56,154 bases of DNA from an uncultured virus (IMG/VR IMGVR_UViG_3300034072_001506) (Duplodnaviria > Heunggongvirae > Uroviricota > Caudoviricetes). Below the pieces are notes generated by a model that saw only the letters and a list, made by a program, of their open reading frames with translations, made no database searches and was not told where the DNA came from. The stretch lies in the IMG/VR virus record IMGVR_UViG_3300034072_001506; one strand, 5' to 3'. Positions within the stretch are counted from its first letter, which is position 1; the number at the start of each line of letters is the position of its first letter. Both the position numbers and the translations under genes were made by a program. This document shows, in pieces, positions 1 through 9,781 of this stretch.

Positions 1-103
1 TGAATAGTAGGACCACTCGCCACCACTTCTCCTGCTTCATCGATCGCCTGATATTCAAGTTCAACAATCATAGCCTTCATGGTGTTTCTCCTCATGTTGA
101 TAT

Positions 104-562
104 TCAGGTGATAGCACGATTCACCAGTTTGTCAACTAGATCCTGGAGGCTGATTTGTTCCTGAAGTTCAGCGTAATCGGAATGGAAAACAACCTGCGCG
201 TTACCTTTGCGAACCTTGTGATGCGGCACTTTATAGACCGACATGAACATCACTTCTTTGAAGCGTTCCGCTTTGGCCTGCATTTTAATCAAGCCCTCAA
301 CAGGGAACCAAGCCTCCAATTGCTCAATGCTTTCAAAAGCACAGAACCATTTCTTACGCTCACCAATTTGCCAACGATAACGCTCGTATCCAGGGAGGTG
401 ACGTCCTGCCCAAAACTTTTGGAGATTGCCATCATATTCCGGGCTGGGGTGCCAGTTATCACCAGAATTGTCACCAATCAATGTTTGGCGGGCGCAATCT
501 GTCCCAAAGCCGAGGGTATAACAACCCTCGGCCATATCGTTTTCAAGGCGATAAACGAGCAT
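104..562 (-). CDS. hypothetical phage protein
   Basis: Start trimmed to MLVYRLEND, whose ATG overlaps the stop of the upstream ORF (translational coupling). Confidence 0.65.
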   Translation of the reverse strand: MLVYRLENDMAEGCYTLGFGTDCARQTLIGDNSGDNWHPSPEYDGNLQKFWAGRHLPGYERYRWQIGERKKWFCAFESIEQLEAWFPVEGLIKMQAKAERFKEVMFMSVYKVPHHKVRKGNAQVVFHSDYAELQEQISLQDLVDKLVNRAIT

Positions 563-846
563 TAAAGCTTGTGAACCAGCTTGGTGAGAGCAATAGCTTC
601 GTCCAGCGTCTTCACCGAACCCACTTCCCAACCCTCGATGTTTCCAGAGGTGAGAACCAGCGCGTCCCGGTCCGTAAAGTCGATCCGGACAATCGGGGCA
701 GTCCATTCATAAATCGAAACATGGCGCGCCGTCCCGGCCTTTTCAAAATAGGACCGGATCATAAACCTGAGAGCAGCCGGAACAGTCTTGAATTCCCGAT
801 CGGACGAATTCCCATACGGGCTGTTGGGTTCTGCGAGAATCTGCAT
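562..846 (-). CDS. hypothetical early protein
   Basis: AGGAGATCGAAC-ATG RBS and promoter module directly upstream. Confidence 0.75.
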   Translation of the reverse strand: MQILAEPNSPYGNSSDREFKTVPAALRFMIRSYFEKAGTARHVSIYEWTAPIVRIDFTDRDALVLTSGNIEGWEVGSVKTLDEAIALTKLVHKL

Positions 847-870
847 GTTCGATCTCCTTTTTGCTGCCTA

Positions 871-906
871 CTCACCAGTTCTAACAGAAACTGGTGAGCA
901 GTCAAC
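871..906 (-). promoter_or_regulatory. type example of the repeated early promoter: TTGACT-N16-TAGAAC with inverted repeat CTCACCAGTT-N8-AACTGGTGAG around the -10
   Basis: Read directly; related copies precede dozens of minus-strand genes and are followed by an AGGAGATCG RBS. Confidence 0.8.
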
Positions 907-913
907 CAGAAAA

Positions 914-1252
914 TCAATTAACAGAGTTAGCCGTCACCTGTTCGCTACCCAGTTCATTTTCCATAAAACGGATAATATGCCGGGTGGCAGTTTCGAACTG
1001 TGATTGGGTCGCATAGGGGCCCAGCATGACCCGAATATCAAAGCGGTCATTGCGCATATGGTTGCGCTCTACGGTGCTTCCTTGGACTTTGTCACCAAAT
1101 CGAGACCGCGCAAGGTCCTCAATCACCTGCCTGGTCTTTTCCTCAAAGCCCTCGGGAATGTTGCCAACCGTCAGCACGACTTCTTCAGGGCTACCGGACA
1201 GGAAGAATACCGGATCATTGGCATTCTTCAATTCAACGTAACTGCGATTCAT
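914..1252 (-). CDS. hypothetical protein
   Basis: GGAGG RBS; tiles the minus-strand array. Confidence 0.65.
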   Translation of the reverse strand: MNRSYVELKNANDPVFFLSGSPEEVVLTVGNIPEGFEEKTRQVIEDLARSRFGDKVQGSTVERNHMRNDRFDIRVMLGPYATQSQFETATRHIIRFMENELGSEQVTANSVN

Positions 1253-1271
1253 TTTATTCCTCCGGTTTTAA

Positions 1272-1667
1272 TCAAGCAACCTGAAGGCGACCTGAGATGT
1301 CAATCCCGCGGCGGTGCTCTCCACTGAGCAAACCCTGCTCAACTGCCGCGTCCAGGATAATCTGATCCATGATGGGCTCAACAACCTTATGGACTGCGGT
1401 CCAGTTGATACGCCGCTCGCGTCGGCCACCGACATCAAACGAGCCAACACTGATGTTGAAGATCCGACGAATCAGAGGTCCGCGATTTCCACCACCGTTG
1501 TTGAAAATGTCGTAGTAGGCGTTGGAGGCCTGACGGAACTTCTCGAGCCGGCGATTGCGACCACGGGGCGATTCAACCGCGCCTTGTTCCGGGATCATGG
1601 CGTTGAGGCTTTCAACGAACTCCTGATGCGTGCCGTTGTGACCCCAGTAGGAATTGATTTTTTCCAT
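1272..1667 (-). CDS. hypothetical protein
   Basis: AGGAGATCG RBS plus promoter module at ~1693-1727. Confidence 0.7.
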   Translation of the reverse strand: MEKINSYWGHNGTHQEFVESLNAMIPEQGAVESPRGRNRRLEKFRQASNAYYDIFNNGGGNRGPLIRRIFNISVGSFDVGGRRERRINWTAVHKVVEPIMDQIILDAAVEQGLLSGEHRRGIDISGRLQVA

Positions 1668-1732
1668 TGCCGATCTCCTTGCTACTTTCTATCCACGGTT
1701 TTAGCAGAACTGGTGGAAGAGTCAACCAGTTT

Positions 1733-1903
1733 TTAGTAGCTTTCCCGACGGGCATCACGAGCCCCTGCCAGATAGGCTTCCTCAAGAGCTTCTTTGATCT
1801 GCCAGACCGACAGTTCATGGAAGTCAAGCGAGTCGCTGTTGCGCGCTTCCAGGGTATCGAGTTCCAGGTGCTTCTGTGCGATCTCTGCCAAAATTTCGTC
1901 CAT
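1733..1903 (-). CDS. small DUF6900-like protein
   Basis: IAQKHLELDTLEARNSDSLDFHELSVWQIKEALEEAYLAG matches my recollection of this family; AGGAGATCG RBS. Confidence 0.65.
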   Translation of the reverse strand: MDEILAEIAQKHLELDTLEARNSDSLDFHELSVWQIKEALEEAYLAGARDARRESY

Positions 1904-1994
1904 GTGCCGATCTCCTGCTGGGTTTTGCCTATAGACCAATCATAACAGAACAGGTGAAGATGTCAACCAGTTTTGGCACCCAAAATTTTGGTTC

Positions 1995-2219
1995 CTATTC
2001 TGCCCGGCGACGATCAATCACGCCATCGACCATCTTGGTGGCATAATGAACAGGACGTTCGTAAAAACCATTCTCGTCCCTGTAGACGCTGATAAAGCGT
2101 CCCTGGCTGGCAAGAGATACCGTCTCACCGTAATTGATATTCACACCCAAGGGCCAGAGGGCAACAAGACCCTCGGCATCCAGCGCGTCATTGAGAGTTC
2201 CAAAACGATTGATCTTCAT
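1995..2219 (-). CDS. hypothetical protein
   Basis: Start trimmed to MKINRFG; tiles the array. Confidence 0.6.
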   Translation of the reverse strand: MKINRFGTLNDALDAEGLVALWPLGVNINYGETVSLASQGRFISVYRDENGFYERPVHYATKMVDGVIDRRRAE

Positions 2220-2352
2220 GCGTCCAGTTCCTCTTCCAGCTTGTCTGCTGCCGCTGCCCATGCCCGGCCACCGCCGTGGTCATCGATGCTCCAGCAATAT
2301 TCGGACTGCTCGCGCCATTCAGCAATGAGGCGCAGGATTGTTTCCCGATCCA

Positions 2353-2625
2353 TTAGTAGGGCACCTTGTCGCAGTCCGCAATCGGAGCACAAAACGGCTC
2401 ACCATCATCACCCAGACCGTAGACAATACCGTCAATCACCGCTTCGACGACCACAGTTTCGACCAGACCGCGCGAATATTCCATGAGGATCATGTCACCC
2501 ACATTGATGTCGCGGTGATCGACTTCGGGAAGGCCCTGGTCATTCTTGGGATTCGATTCGCTTCCCTTGCGGCCCAGGAGTCCGATAATTGCTGCGATCT
2601 GGCTTACGATTTTCGACTTAAACAT
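2353..2625 (-). CDS. hypothetical protein
   Basis: AGGAGATCG RBS and promoter module at ~2652-2679. Confidence 0.65.
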   Translation of the reverse strand: MFKSKIVSQIAAIIGLLGRKGSESNPKNDQGLPEVDHRDINVGDMILMEYSRGLVETVVVEAVIDGIVYGLGDDGEPFCAPIADCDKVPY

Positions 2626-2684
2626 CTCGATCTCCTTGCTGTTGTCTCCACAATAGCAGGACTGGTGAGGTAGTCAACCAATTT

Positions 2685-3800
2685 TTAAACCAGTTCGAAG
2701 ATTTCCCCAGTAATAAGGTCTTCGCAGATGATGATAAAATCATCGACGATTTTTTCAGCAACCTTAGTCACCGCATTTTCAACAATGGTATCCACTTCAT
2801 CGTCGCTCACGAATGCCCCGTGGACCCGACGAACTGTTGATCCGTTGCTGATCAGCATATCACCCCAGCCAAGGAGGTTCTGTGCGCCACCCTGTCCCAG
2901 GGCCGTGCGGCTGTCAATCTCACTGCTAACACGGAAGCAGATACGTGCAGGGAAGTTGGACTTGATGACACCGGTTACAACGTCCACGGAGGGCCTCTGA
3001 GTAGCCATCACAACATGGATGCCCGCTGCCCGTGCCTTTTGCGCGAGACGCTGTACGAGCCCTTCCAGGGTCTTTCCACCAGTCTGCATCAGGTCAGCGA
3101 ATTCGTCGATGAACACCACAATATAGGGCAGGTCGTTACCAGCTTCCCGGTAGGCTTTGATATTGCGAACGCGGGCGTCAGCGAGCAGTCGATAGCGCCG
3201 CTCCATTTCCTCAACCATGTCCTCAAGCGCGCGGATGGATTCGCGCGGATCGGTGATTACCGGCTGAACCAAATGAGGAATGCCGTTGTAAATGGACAGT
3301 TCCAGCATCTTTGGATCGATCATGAGAAACTTACAATCGTCCGCAGATAGTGCGGTCATGAGGCTGATGATCATAGCGTTGATACCAACGCTTTTACCCG
3401 ATCCCGTCGTGCCACTAACCAGCACATGGGGCATGGTAGCGAGGTCGGTGATGACCACCTCGCCCATTACATCCAAGCCTAGAGCAAGGGGCAAAGCGGC
3501 GGTGGTGGTCTTGAATTCCTCACTGGCGAGGACGCTATTGAGCAGGATGGTTTCTCGCTGCTCATTGGGAATTTCAACTGCCAGCGTGGGGCTACCTGGC
3601 ATCACATTGATCTGAACGCTAGCCACACCAAGTAGGCGAGCCACATCCTCACTGAGCTTGATGATCTGCGATGCTCGAGTGCCAGCAGCGATTTCGATTT
3701 CGTAAACGCTGACTAGGGGGCCTTGCTTGGTATCGATGACGCGGACGCGATGCCCAAATTCATCAAGGGCGCGTTCCAGTGCGGAAGCAATATTCTTCAA
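2685..3800 (-). CDS. FtsK/SpoIIIE-family DNA translocase motor domain (no N-terminal membrane anchor, no evident gamma domain)
   Basis: PHVLVSGTTGSGKS Walker A, IDPKMLELS, IVVFIDEFADLM Walker B, LAQKARAAGIH, ATQRPS, DSRT; TTG start after AGGAGATCG. Confidence 0.9.
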   Translation of the reverse strand: MKNIASALERALDEFGHRVRVIDTKQGPLVSVYEIEIAAGTRASQIIKLSEDVARLLGVASVQINVMPGSPTLAVEIPNEQRETILLNSVLASEEFKTTTAALPLALGLDVMGEVVITDLATMPHVLVSGTTGSGKSVGINAMIISLMTALSADDCKFLMIDPKMLELSIYNGIPHLVQPVITDPRESIRALEDMVEEMERRYRLLADARVRNIKAYREAGNDLPYIVVFIDEFADLMQTGGKTLEGLVQRLAQKARAAGIHVVMATQRPSVDVVTGVIKSNFPARICFRVSSEIDSRTALGQGGAQNLLGWGDMLISNGSTVRRVHGAFVSDDEVDTIVENAVTKVAEKIVDDFIIICEDLITGEIFELV

Positions 3801-3858
3801 AGCCGATCTCCTCTTGATGCCTCACACTAGCAGGATAGGTGACCCTGTCAACCAGTTT

Positions 3859-4143
3859 TTAATCGTCCCAATGCGCCACACCAAGAATTAGACCTCGATA
3901 GCAGGCAAAACCTTTGACAGATTTGCCACGCAATTTTGCGGTGTATTTGTAGATTTCAGCCTTGCGGCACTGGATAGGTGCTTGGTTGACAAAAGCTTTG
4001 CTGATCGAGATGTTGCGATAACCTTGGGTCTTGAGCGCACTTTCGACCTTTGATTTGCCATAAACATGATCAACAATTCCGGCCTGTGCAGGCGTGGAAA
4101 GAACGCTTGTCACGAGGACCAAGGCCAACACCATCTTCCGCAT
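3859..4143 (-). CDS. hypothetical exported protein
   Basis: Signal peptide MRKMVLALVLVTSVLSTPAQA; GGAG RBS; promoter module. Confidence 0.7.
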   Translation of the reverse strand: MRKMVLALVLVTSVLSTPAQAGIVDHVYGKSKVESALKTQGYRNISISKAFVNQAPIQCRKAEIYKYTAKLRGKSVKGFACYRGLILGVAHWDD

Positions 4144-4213
4144 TTTATATCTCCGCATTATCTATGCTTCACCATAACAGAACTGGTGATACTGTCAACC
4201 AAAATCACCAGTT

Positions 4214-4513
4214 CTAGTCGACGGCTTTGAGATACACCACCTCGCGGGCAAACCCTTTTTTGCGGACTCCTCCGATATAACGGGCGCGTTCAACACGAAT
4301 ACCCAGCTGGCGACAATCGTCGCCATCCAGTCGGTAACCCGAAACGCCGCCCCAGCCAGCCTTCACCATGTCGCCCTTGGCTTCTTCAAGCCTGCGACCA
4401 ATGAACACTTCGCCTTGTTCGGTTTCATACCTGGAAGACCACTGCTCGACCGCCTTCAGAATCGCATCCTTGAGGTTCTGCTTCTCCTGAGCCGTCATTC
4501 TGCGAATTTCCAC
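4214..4513 (-). CDS. hypothetical protein
   Basis: GTG start after AGGAGACCG RBS; promoter module 4536-4571. Confidence 0.65.
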   Translation of the reverse strand: MEIRRMTAQEKQNLKDAILKAVEQWSSRYETEQGEVFIGRRLEEAKGDMVKAGWGGVSGYRLDGDDCRQLGIRVERARYIGGVRKKGFAREVVYLKAVD

Positions 4514-4565
4514 GTTCGGTCTCCTCGTTTCCTGTTCACCTGTTTTAACATAAACAGGCGACGAG

Positions 4566-5021
4566 TCAACCAGTCTTTGAGACCTGACGGATCTTTTCTA
4601 GAATTTCGTCTGTCTTAGGGTGAGGTGTTACCTCTTTTCGAGGCAGGGCATAATAGCCATTTGGCCTGATTGCTGCCAATGCCTTTTTCAGGCATGAGCC
4701 TTGATTCTGGTCTTCAATGAACGCAATGACTTCGACTGGCCCCCAGAAGTTTTCGACCATATATCGGATGTCATCCCTGAACACGAACCCTTCCGGGGCT
4801 GGTTCAAAAGCATTCGCGCAATATTGACTACGATCATAAATCGTATCATCAAATACAACTTGTTGAAGCCGGGTTGCTTCACGTGCGGGGGAAAGTTCTT
4901 TCCCCCAAAAGGATTTCTTTGCGGGCTTGGCAGGAATATCACGGACCCAGACATTAAGTCCTTCATCAACGGGTTCACATTGCGCGACCCCTCGATAGTC
5001 CTTGAAAACTGCCCAACGCAC
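4566..5021 (-). CDS. hypothetical protein
   Basis: Tiles the array; TGA stop lies inside the next promoter's TTGAC. Confidence 0.6.
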   Translation of the reverse strand: MRWAVFKDYRGVAQCEPVDEGLNVWVRDIPAKPAKKSFWGKELSPAREATRLQQVVFDDTIYDRSQYCANAFEPAPEGFVFRDDIRYMVENFWGPVEVIAFIEDQNQGSCLKKALAAIRPNGYYALPRKEVTPHPKTDEILEKIRQVSKTG

Positions 5022-5238
5022 TTATTCTTCAATCCTGTAATTGACCACGTTGTTGAAGAGGGCCTTCTTGGCCGAAATTGCGCTGGCCCGCTTTGCGGGA
5101 TCAGTGGCCGTTTCCTGATCGATCACAAATTCGTGATCCTTGCGGTGACGGCCATTCTTGGTTGTGATGATCAGCTTTGCCATCGTCAGTCTACCCCTCA
5201 GGGGAGGGGAGGAGAGTTAAACCCCTCCCCCTCCTTGG

Positions 5239-5559
5239 TTACTTCGAGATCGAAGCGGCCTTTTCCAGGTTGTCGTTGGCGACGGCCAGGTTGAACCAGC
5301 CATACTTGGCGGGGACCAGCTTGACGGCGGTGCCGGGTTCGGGCAGGTGTTCGGCGACTTCGCTGGGCAGACCCAGGCGACGGCCAGCGCCCTTGACGCC
5401 GAGGTCACGGAGAAGTTCGGTCTTGGGCATGTTCACGGTCGAGGTGCGGTCGGTGAAGCGGACCTGGATCTGGTTGTCGACGACACGGACGCGGGCCTTG
5501 GTCGAGGTGCCGATCACATTGGCGGTCACGCTGGCGATGAAATTCACAGTCTTGTACAC
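5239..5559 (-). CDS. small protein, KYGWF paralog family (copy 1)
   Basis: AGGAGATCG RBS; shares RxTDR and KYGWF motifs with 40869-41219 and 42799-43092; hairpin at ~5201-5230 downstream. Confidence 0.75.
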   Translation of the reverse strand: MYKTVNFIASVTANVIGTSTKARVRVVDNQIQVRFTDRTSTVNMPKTELLRDLGVKGAGRRLGLPSEVAEHLPEPGTAVKLVPAKYGWFNLAVANDNLEKAASISK

Positions 5560-5694
5560 GTTTCGATCTCCTTTTTGGCACAGGGCACCATTGCTCTGTC
5601 CATACTCTGGGTTTATACTCTGGTTTCATGATGTCAACCAGAAAAATAACCTAATTCCAAAAAATCTCATAAGTATGATAAAGGCAGGTGGGAT

Positions 5695-6237
5695 ATGGAC
5701 GACTTCAATAAGATTGCCCAGGAACTCTTAGCAGAAACCAAATCACTGTCAGAGAAATTGAGGTCTGATCAAGCAAGAAAAATTCTTGATAGAATTGGTG
5801 AGCTCCCAGAGCAGGCTTATCTGGATCTAGCAAGTCTAGCAGCCCTTATTACAAACTCGCCTGTGGCAGCAGTCAGTCTAATAGATGAGGATACTGCCTA
5901 TTTCAAAGGGATTGTAGGCGGTAATGATTCCTGGTCTTCAGAAACGTTTATCCAGGCCCCTCGCCATATCTTGATCTGTAATGAGACTATAAAGGATCCA
6001 AACCAGAATTGTATCATTTATGATGCCAAGAGCGACGACAGAGTAAAGAATTTGCCTTTTGTGGATGGCACCTATGATTATGTTCGATTCTACTTTGGAC
6101 TTCCTCTGGTTTCTGGAGAAGGAAATGCGGTCGGAACCTTATGTGTGTTCGACCGCATTCCTAAAAATTTAGAAAAAGAACAAGTCAACGCATTAGAGCG
6201 ACTTCGTCGCCTGGCGATAAACCTATACCAGGTTTAG
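5695..6237 (+). CDS. stand-alone GAF-domain protein
   Basis: LAALITNSPVAAVSLID...FKG...ICNETI...DAKSDDRV...VRFYFGLPL...GNAVGTLCVFDRIPK is a typical GAF pattern. Confidence 0.85.
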   Translation: MDDFNKIAQELLAETKSLSEKLRSDQARKILDRIGELPEQAYLDLASLAALITNSPVAAVSLIDEDTAYFKGIVGGNDSWSSETFIQAPRHILICNETIKDPNQNCIIYDAKSDDRVKNLPFVDGTYDYVRFYFGLPLVSGEGNAVGTLCVFDRIPKNLEKEQVNALERLRRLAINLYQV

Positions 6238-6581
6238 ATATATTCCCCAAAGATCTCGCGGTCACTTCTCTGATCGGGGAGCATCATCTTTGAAAGGGCA
6301 TGAAGATAGCTGAACCTAACAGCTTCTCTCCAAGCATCCATGGGGTTGATGTCCACGACAAAACGCTTGGCAACCGCGTTCAGGTCTTCCTCGTCATTGT
6401 CATCAAGTCCGATGCCGTTGTAAACCACGAATTCATCGGGTGAATCAGGACTGGGGCTGGCGCTCACGGTGACGAGCACGTTTTCTCCGCAATGGATCTG
6501 TAGAAAATAATCTTCGTCAAACGTGTGAGCTTCAAGGGCATAAAATTGCCGAGCTCGTTCGTTTGTATCAATATCTGACAT
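6234..6581 (-). CDS. hypothetical protein
   Basis: Start at MSDIDT after AGGAGATTCCG. Confidence 0.65.
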   Translation of the reverse strand: MSDIDTNERARQFYALEAHTFDEDYFLQIHCGENVLVTVSASPSPDSPDEFVVYNGIGLDDNDEEDLNAVAKRFVVDINPMDAWREAVRFSYLHALSKMMLPDQRSDREIFGEYI

Positions 6582-6642
6582 CGGAATCTCCTGGTGTTTG
6601 TGACACCAGCCATAGATAAAACGATGCTTTAGCGTCAATATG

Positions 6643-6861
6643 TTAGGTGAATTTTTCTGCTATCAAGGCTTCCATGGTTGCGATCTTGTGATCAAGCAAA
6701 TCCAAAGTTGCCTGGCCGTATTTTGCCATAGTCTCAGGCGAGTAATCCTCGACCAACGCTAGATATTTGAGCCGGTCGGCCTGAAGGTGTTGAAGGAGGA
6801 GCCGGCTCATCTTCTCGTTGAGCCGGTCCCGTCCCTCCCATGCTTTATGCAGGTTGATCAT
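6643..6861 (-). CDS. hypothetical protein
   Basis: Start MINLHK overlaps the upstream stop (ATGA). Confidence 0.6.
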   Translation of the reverse strand: MINLHKAWEGRDRLNEKMSRLLLQHLQADRLKYLALVEDYSPETMAKYGQATLDLLDHKIATMEALIAEKFT

Positions 6862-7208
6862 CGAAGGCTGGGATCCTCGTCCCGTGCGGCCGCCTCGGCC
6901 CAGCCAATATAGTGGTCGAAAACCTGTTCGACCAGATACGCTGCTGCCTCGGCCGGCGTCCGCTTGGTTTCGCCAAAGCCCAGGATCGACATGACGAATT
7001 CTTCGGTCAGCCGCATCTTCATCTGCTTCCATTCTTCGGCGTTCTGGCCAAAGGTCGGGAAAATCAGCTTGGCGTTTTCATTGGCATCCTGCGCAGCCAC
7101 CATGACCAGGTGTCCTGCCAGGGGACCGAGGCCGCGAAAGTTGGTTCCCGAGCAAAGCTCGTTGATGACCAGTTCAGCGGCATAAATCTTGGTTTCTTCA
7201 AACTTCAC
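6858..7208 (-). CDS. hypothetical protein
   Basis: GTG start after AGGAGATCG; promoter module 7236-7270. Confidence 0.7.
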   Translation of the reverse strand: MKFEETKIYAAELVINELCSGTNFRGLGPLAGHLVMVAAQDANENAKLIFPTFGQNAEEWKQMKMRLTEEFVMSILGFGETKRTPAEAAAYLVEQVFDHYIGWAEAAARDEDPSLR

Positions 7209-7264
7209 TTTCGATCTCCTCTGTGTCTGCCTATACCCTGGTTCTACATTCTGGTGAGGAGAAG

Positions 7265-8266
7265 TCAACCAGAATTTTTCAAATAACCTGATTTGGTGTT
7301 TTCATAATATTTTTCAACGTGATTAGTGGCATATCCCTTGTAATAGAGTTCCTTGGATGGGGCCTTGGTTTTGGGCTTATTGTGGAGATTTTCGATCTCT
7401 TCGATAACATTATCAAGGGTCAGTTTCTTGGGCTTTTCCGGAGCCCTCAGGCTTTTAGCCACCACATCGTTTTCAACAATCTGGGCGACATGCTTCTGGA
7501 CCACACTCTCATACCTTTCCGGTGGGGTCCACCATTCAGGTGCAGGAGTAGGATCTGCCAATAGTCCATGAGGATTGAGCCAAAAGGCCGAAAGGCTATC
7601 AGTCATCCAGTAGAGATCATTTTGAGCTCTCTGTTTTTCTTCCGTCCAATTGCTTTGAATAATCGGCGGTCCTTGCTCGACTAGTTTTCGAGCCACTCGC
7701 TGCTCACTGGTTGCGATCAGATCCAGGGTCTGGTCGAGTTCCTTAGTGTCCGTTTTTAGATGATCCAGGAAATCCCGAGTCTGTTGCTCTTTGATCGCAC
7801 TGCGATTCTTAAGAAGCCACAAGATTTTTCCACAAGTAGCTAGCAAGCCGTCACGAGACAGGTTGATATCCATGTTGAAATCAACACTGTTTATATCCTT
7901 GCCTCGAACATAAATGACTAGTAGAGTTTCCCGGAACAGGGAACCAGTTTCAGTGAGGATATATGACCCTCCACCGGTTACATCAACCAAACCCAGCTTG
8001 CGCAGATTACGGACAGCTTCAGTGTCAATCAACCATTTGTCGTCCTGTTTTGTGGATAGGACCCATTCGTATTTTGCCCCGGTGGATCGGATCAACTTGC
8101 GCGGTTGGCTTTCAAGAATGAGGTGAATCTGATACTCAGTCAGACCTCGCTCTTCAAGTTCTTTGAATGCCTGTTTCCAATTCATACCTCGGATGAGTTC
8201 ATGAAGCGGGCTTTGCGATTTTAAATCTTTCTTCACCGCGTCTATCATTCCGAATATCATCTCCAA
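7265..8266 (-). CDS. hypothetical protein, possible winged-helix segment
   Basis: 333-aa ORF; VRNLRKLGLV...YILTETG resembles a wHTH wing. Confidence 0.65.
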   Translation of the reverse strand: MEMIFGMIDAVKKDLKSQSPLHELIRGMNWKQAFKELEERGLTEYQIHLILESQPRKLIRSTGAKYEWVLSTKQDDKWLIDTEAVRNLRKLGLVDVTGGGSYILTETGSLFRETLLVIYVRGKDINSVDFNMDINLSRDGLLATCGKILWLLKNRSAIKEQQTRDFLDHLKTDTKELDQTLDLIATSEQRVARKLVEQGPPIIQSNWTEEKQRAQNDLYWMTDSLSAFWLNPHGLLADPTPAPEWWTPPERYESVVQKHVAQIVENDVVAKSLRAPEKPKKLTLDNVIEEIENLHNKPKTKAPSKELYYKGYATNHVEKYYENTKSGYLKNSG

Positions 8267-8302
8267 CCTCTTTCGCCAAACCTATATTACTTTGAATGAT
8301 TG

Positions 8303-8965
8303 TCAATCAAAGAACACCAGGTCTAACCGGGAGACAAGATCTTCATGCCCGATTGCTTTGATCAATTCAATGACCTTGGTTTCAACTCCCTCATACTTTC
8401 TATGAAGAACACTTACAACTCTCTCACCAGTCACAGGTGCTTCAGTGAGACGGACTATTGAATCCTCAGGGAACTCACAGATGCCTGCCCTGCAGAGTGA
8501 CCATGCGGCACTTAGCAGCGCGCAGGTATGTTCCTCTCGGTCCTCATAGACGCTCTTAAGCCCTATACGAGCCCCAGTGTCGCCTATATAACTGAGCACT
8601 CGCTTGTTGGCTTTGCGAAAAGTTTCCCATACGAGCTGATCAGCAGGGAGACTGTGAATAATGGTCTCCGCTACAGGAGCCAGCTTGCCTTCAAATACCA
8701 CATGGTCGGGTGCCAACCCCCGCCTCAGAATACAGCGAATGAATTCATTGACATCTAGGGTATGGTGTTCAACGTGTAGGTCGTCGATCAATATAGCGGC
8801 AACAACCAGACTATCGGGGCTGGACTCTCGATCCAGATATTCTTTCATGACTCTGAGGCTATTGTCTTGCTCATCGCCAAACATGGAGTCCGCGTAGATA
8901 TGAGCGAACTCTACAAACATTTGAGGCGTCGGAAGATCCGGCCGGTCAGGAAGATGTGAACCCAT
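8303..8965 (-). CDS. hypothetical protein
   Basis: 220-aa ORF with protein-like composition. Confidence 0.7.
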   Translation of the reverse strand: MGSHLPDRPDLPTPQMFVEFAHIYADSMFGDEQDNSLRVMKEYLDRESSPDSLVVAAILIDDLHVEHHTLDVNEFIRCILRRGLAPDHVVFEGKLAPVAETIIHSLPADQLVWETFRKANKRVLSYIGDTGARIGLKSVYEDREEHTCALLSAAWSLCRAGICEFPEDSIVRLTEAPVTGERVVSVLHRKYEGVETKVIELIKAIGHEDLVSRLDLVFFD

Positions 8966-8995
8966 GTGTGTTTTCTAGCATAAAACCAGAGTGCG

Positions 8996-9295
8996 TCAAT
9001 TGATTTCAGGTAACCGAATTTGATTCAGTTCGTCGGACCAAGTCAGCTTGAACAGGAGAGCGTCTGATTTTTCTTTTATCAAAAACACCTGATAGCAATT
9101 ATAATGAACAATGGATTCAGACCATTTGCCCTTGAGAGTATTCATACACCAATCTTCAATATCCTCCCGAGTGTGTATGATCCTCCTATATTGGAATGAA
9201 AACTTGGAAACCCGAATAGAGGACTTAAGAGTGTTGGTTCTAAACTGATACCAGAAAAGCTGGTTACTTTGTCTAGAAACTGGCAAATTTAGCAT
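8996..9295 (-). CDS. small protein, AxxFKLxW family
   Basis: C-terminal DALLFKLTW; start trimmed to MLNLPV. Confidence 0.65.
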   Translation of the reverse strand: MLNLPVSRQSNQLFWYQFRTNTLKSSIRVSKFSFQYRRIIHTREDIEDWCMNTLKGKWSESIVHYNCYQVFLIKEKSDALLFKLTWSDELNQIRLPEIN

Positions 9296-9528
9296 AGGTG
9301 CTGACTCCAAACCAGTTTGAAAACCATTGCCTCCCGACGGTCTTTTATGAACAAAGGAGTATGATCTTTGGCGCTCATAATACCCCAATCGCCCTTTAAC
9401 ACAAGATAAAGCCACATGAATAAGCCATCGGGTAGATCCCAAAATTCTCTTTGGCCGTCGTCTATCAGTTGTCCTCTTATCGTGAACTGATTCCAGGAAT
9501 AGCAGACAGGAGTGATGTCGACTTTCAC
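9289..9528 (-). CDS. small protein, AxxFKLxW family
   Basis: C-terminal EAMVFKLVW; coupled to neighbours. Confidence 0.7.
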   Translation of the reverse strand: MKVDITPVCYSWNQFTIRGQLIDDGQREFWDLPDGLFMWLYLVLKGDWGIMSAKDHTPLFIKDRREAMVFKLVWSQHLC

Positions 9529-9743
9529 TTTTTATCCTTGAGAAAATCGTGCCATGCCAGCTTGAAAAGCATGGCGTCTTTGTCTTCCTTGATAAAGAAG
9601 GTAACTTCGCCATATTCAGCAGTGAACGTCCACTGACCGGTTATCATCTCCTTACACCAACGACCAGCTTCACCACCTTTGGGATTTCTAACACCAAAGG
9701 TGTGCCAACCCAGCTTTTCAGCTGGGTTGATTCGACTTCCCAT
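9525..9743 (-). CDS. small protein, AxxFKLxW family
   Basis: WCKE...GQW...DAMLFKLAW. Confidence 0.7.
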   Translation of the reverse strand: MGSRINPAEKLGWHTFGVRNPKGGEAGRWCKEMITGQWTFTAEYGEVTFFIKEDKDAMLFKLAWHDFLKDKK

Positions 9744-9781
9744 TAGCAGTTGACCAACTGCTCCTAAAGGATCGGGCTGGC

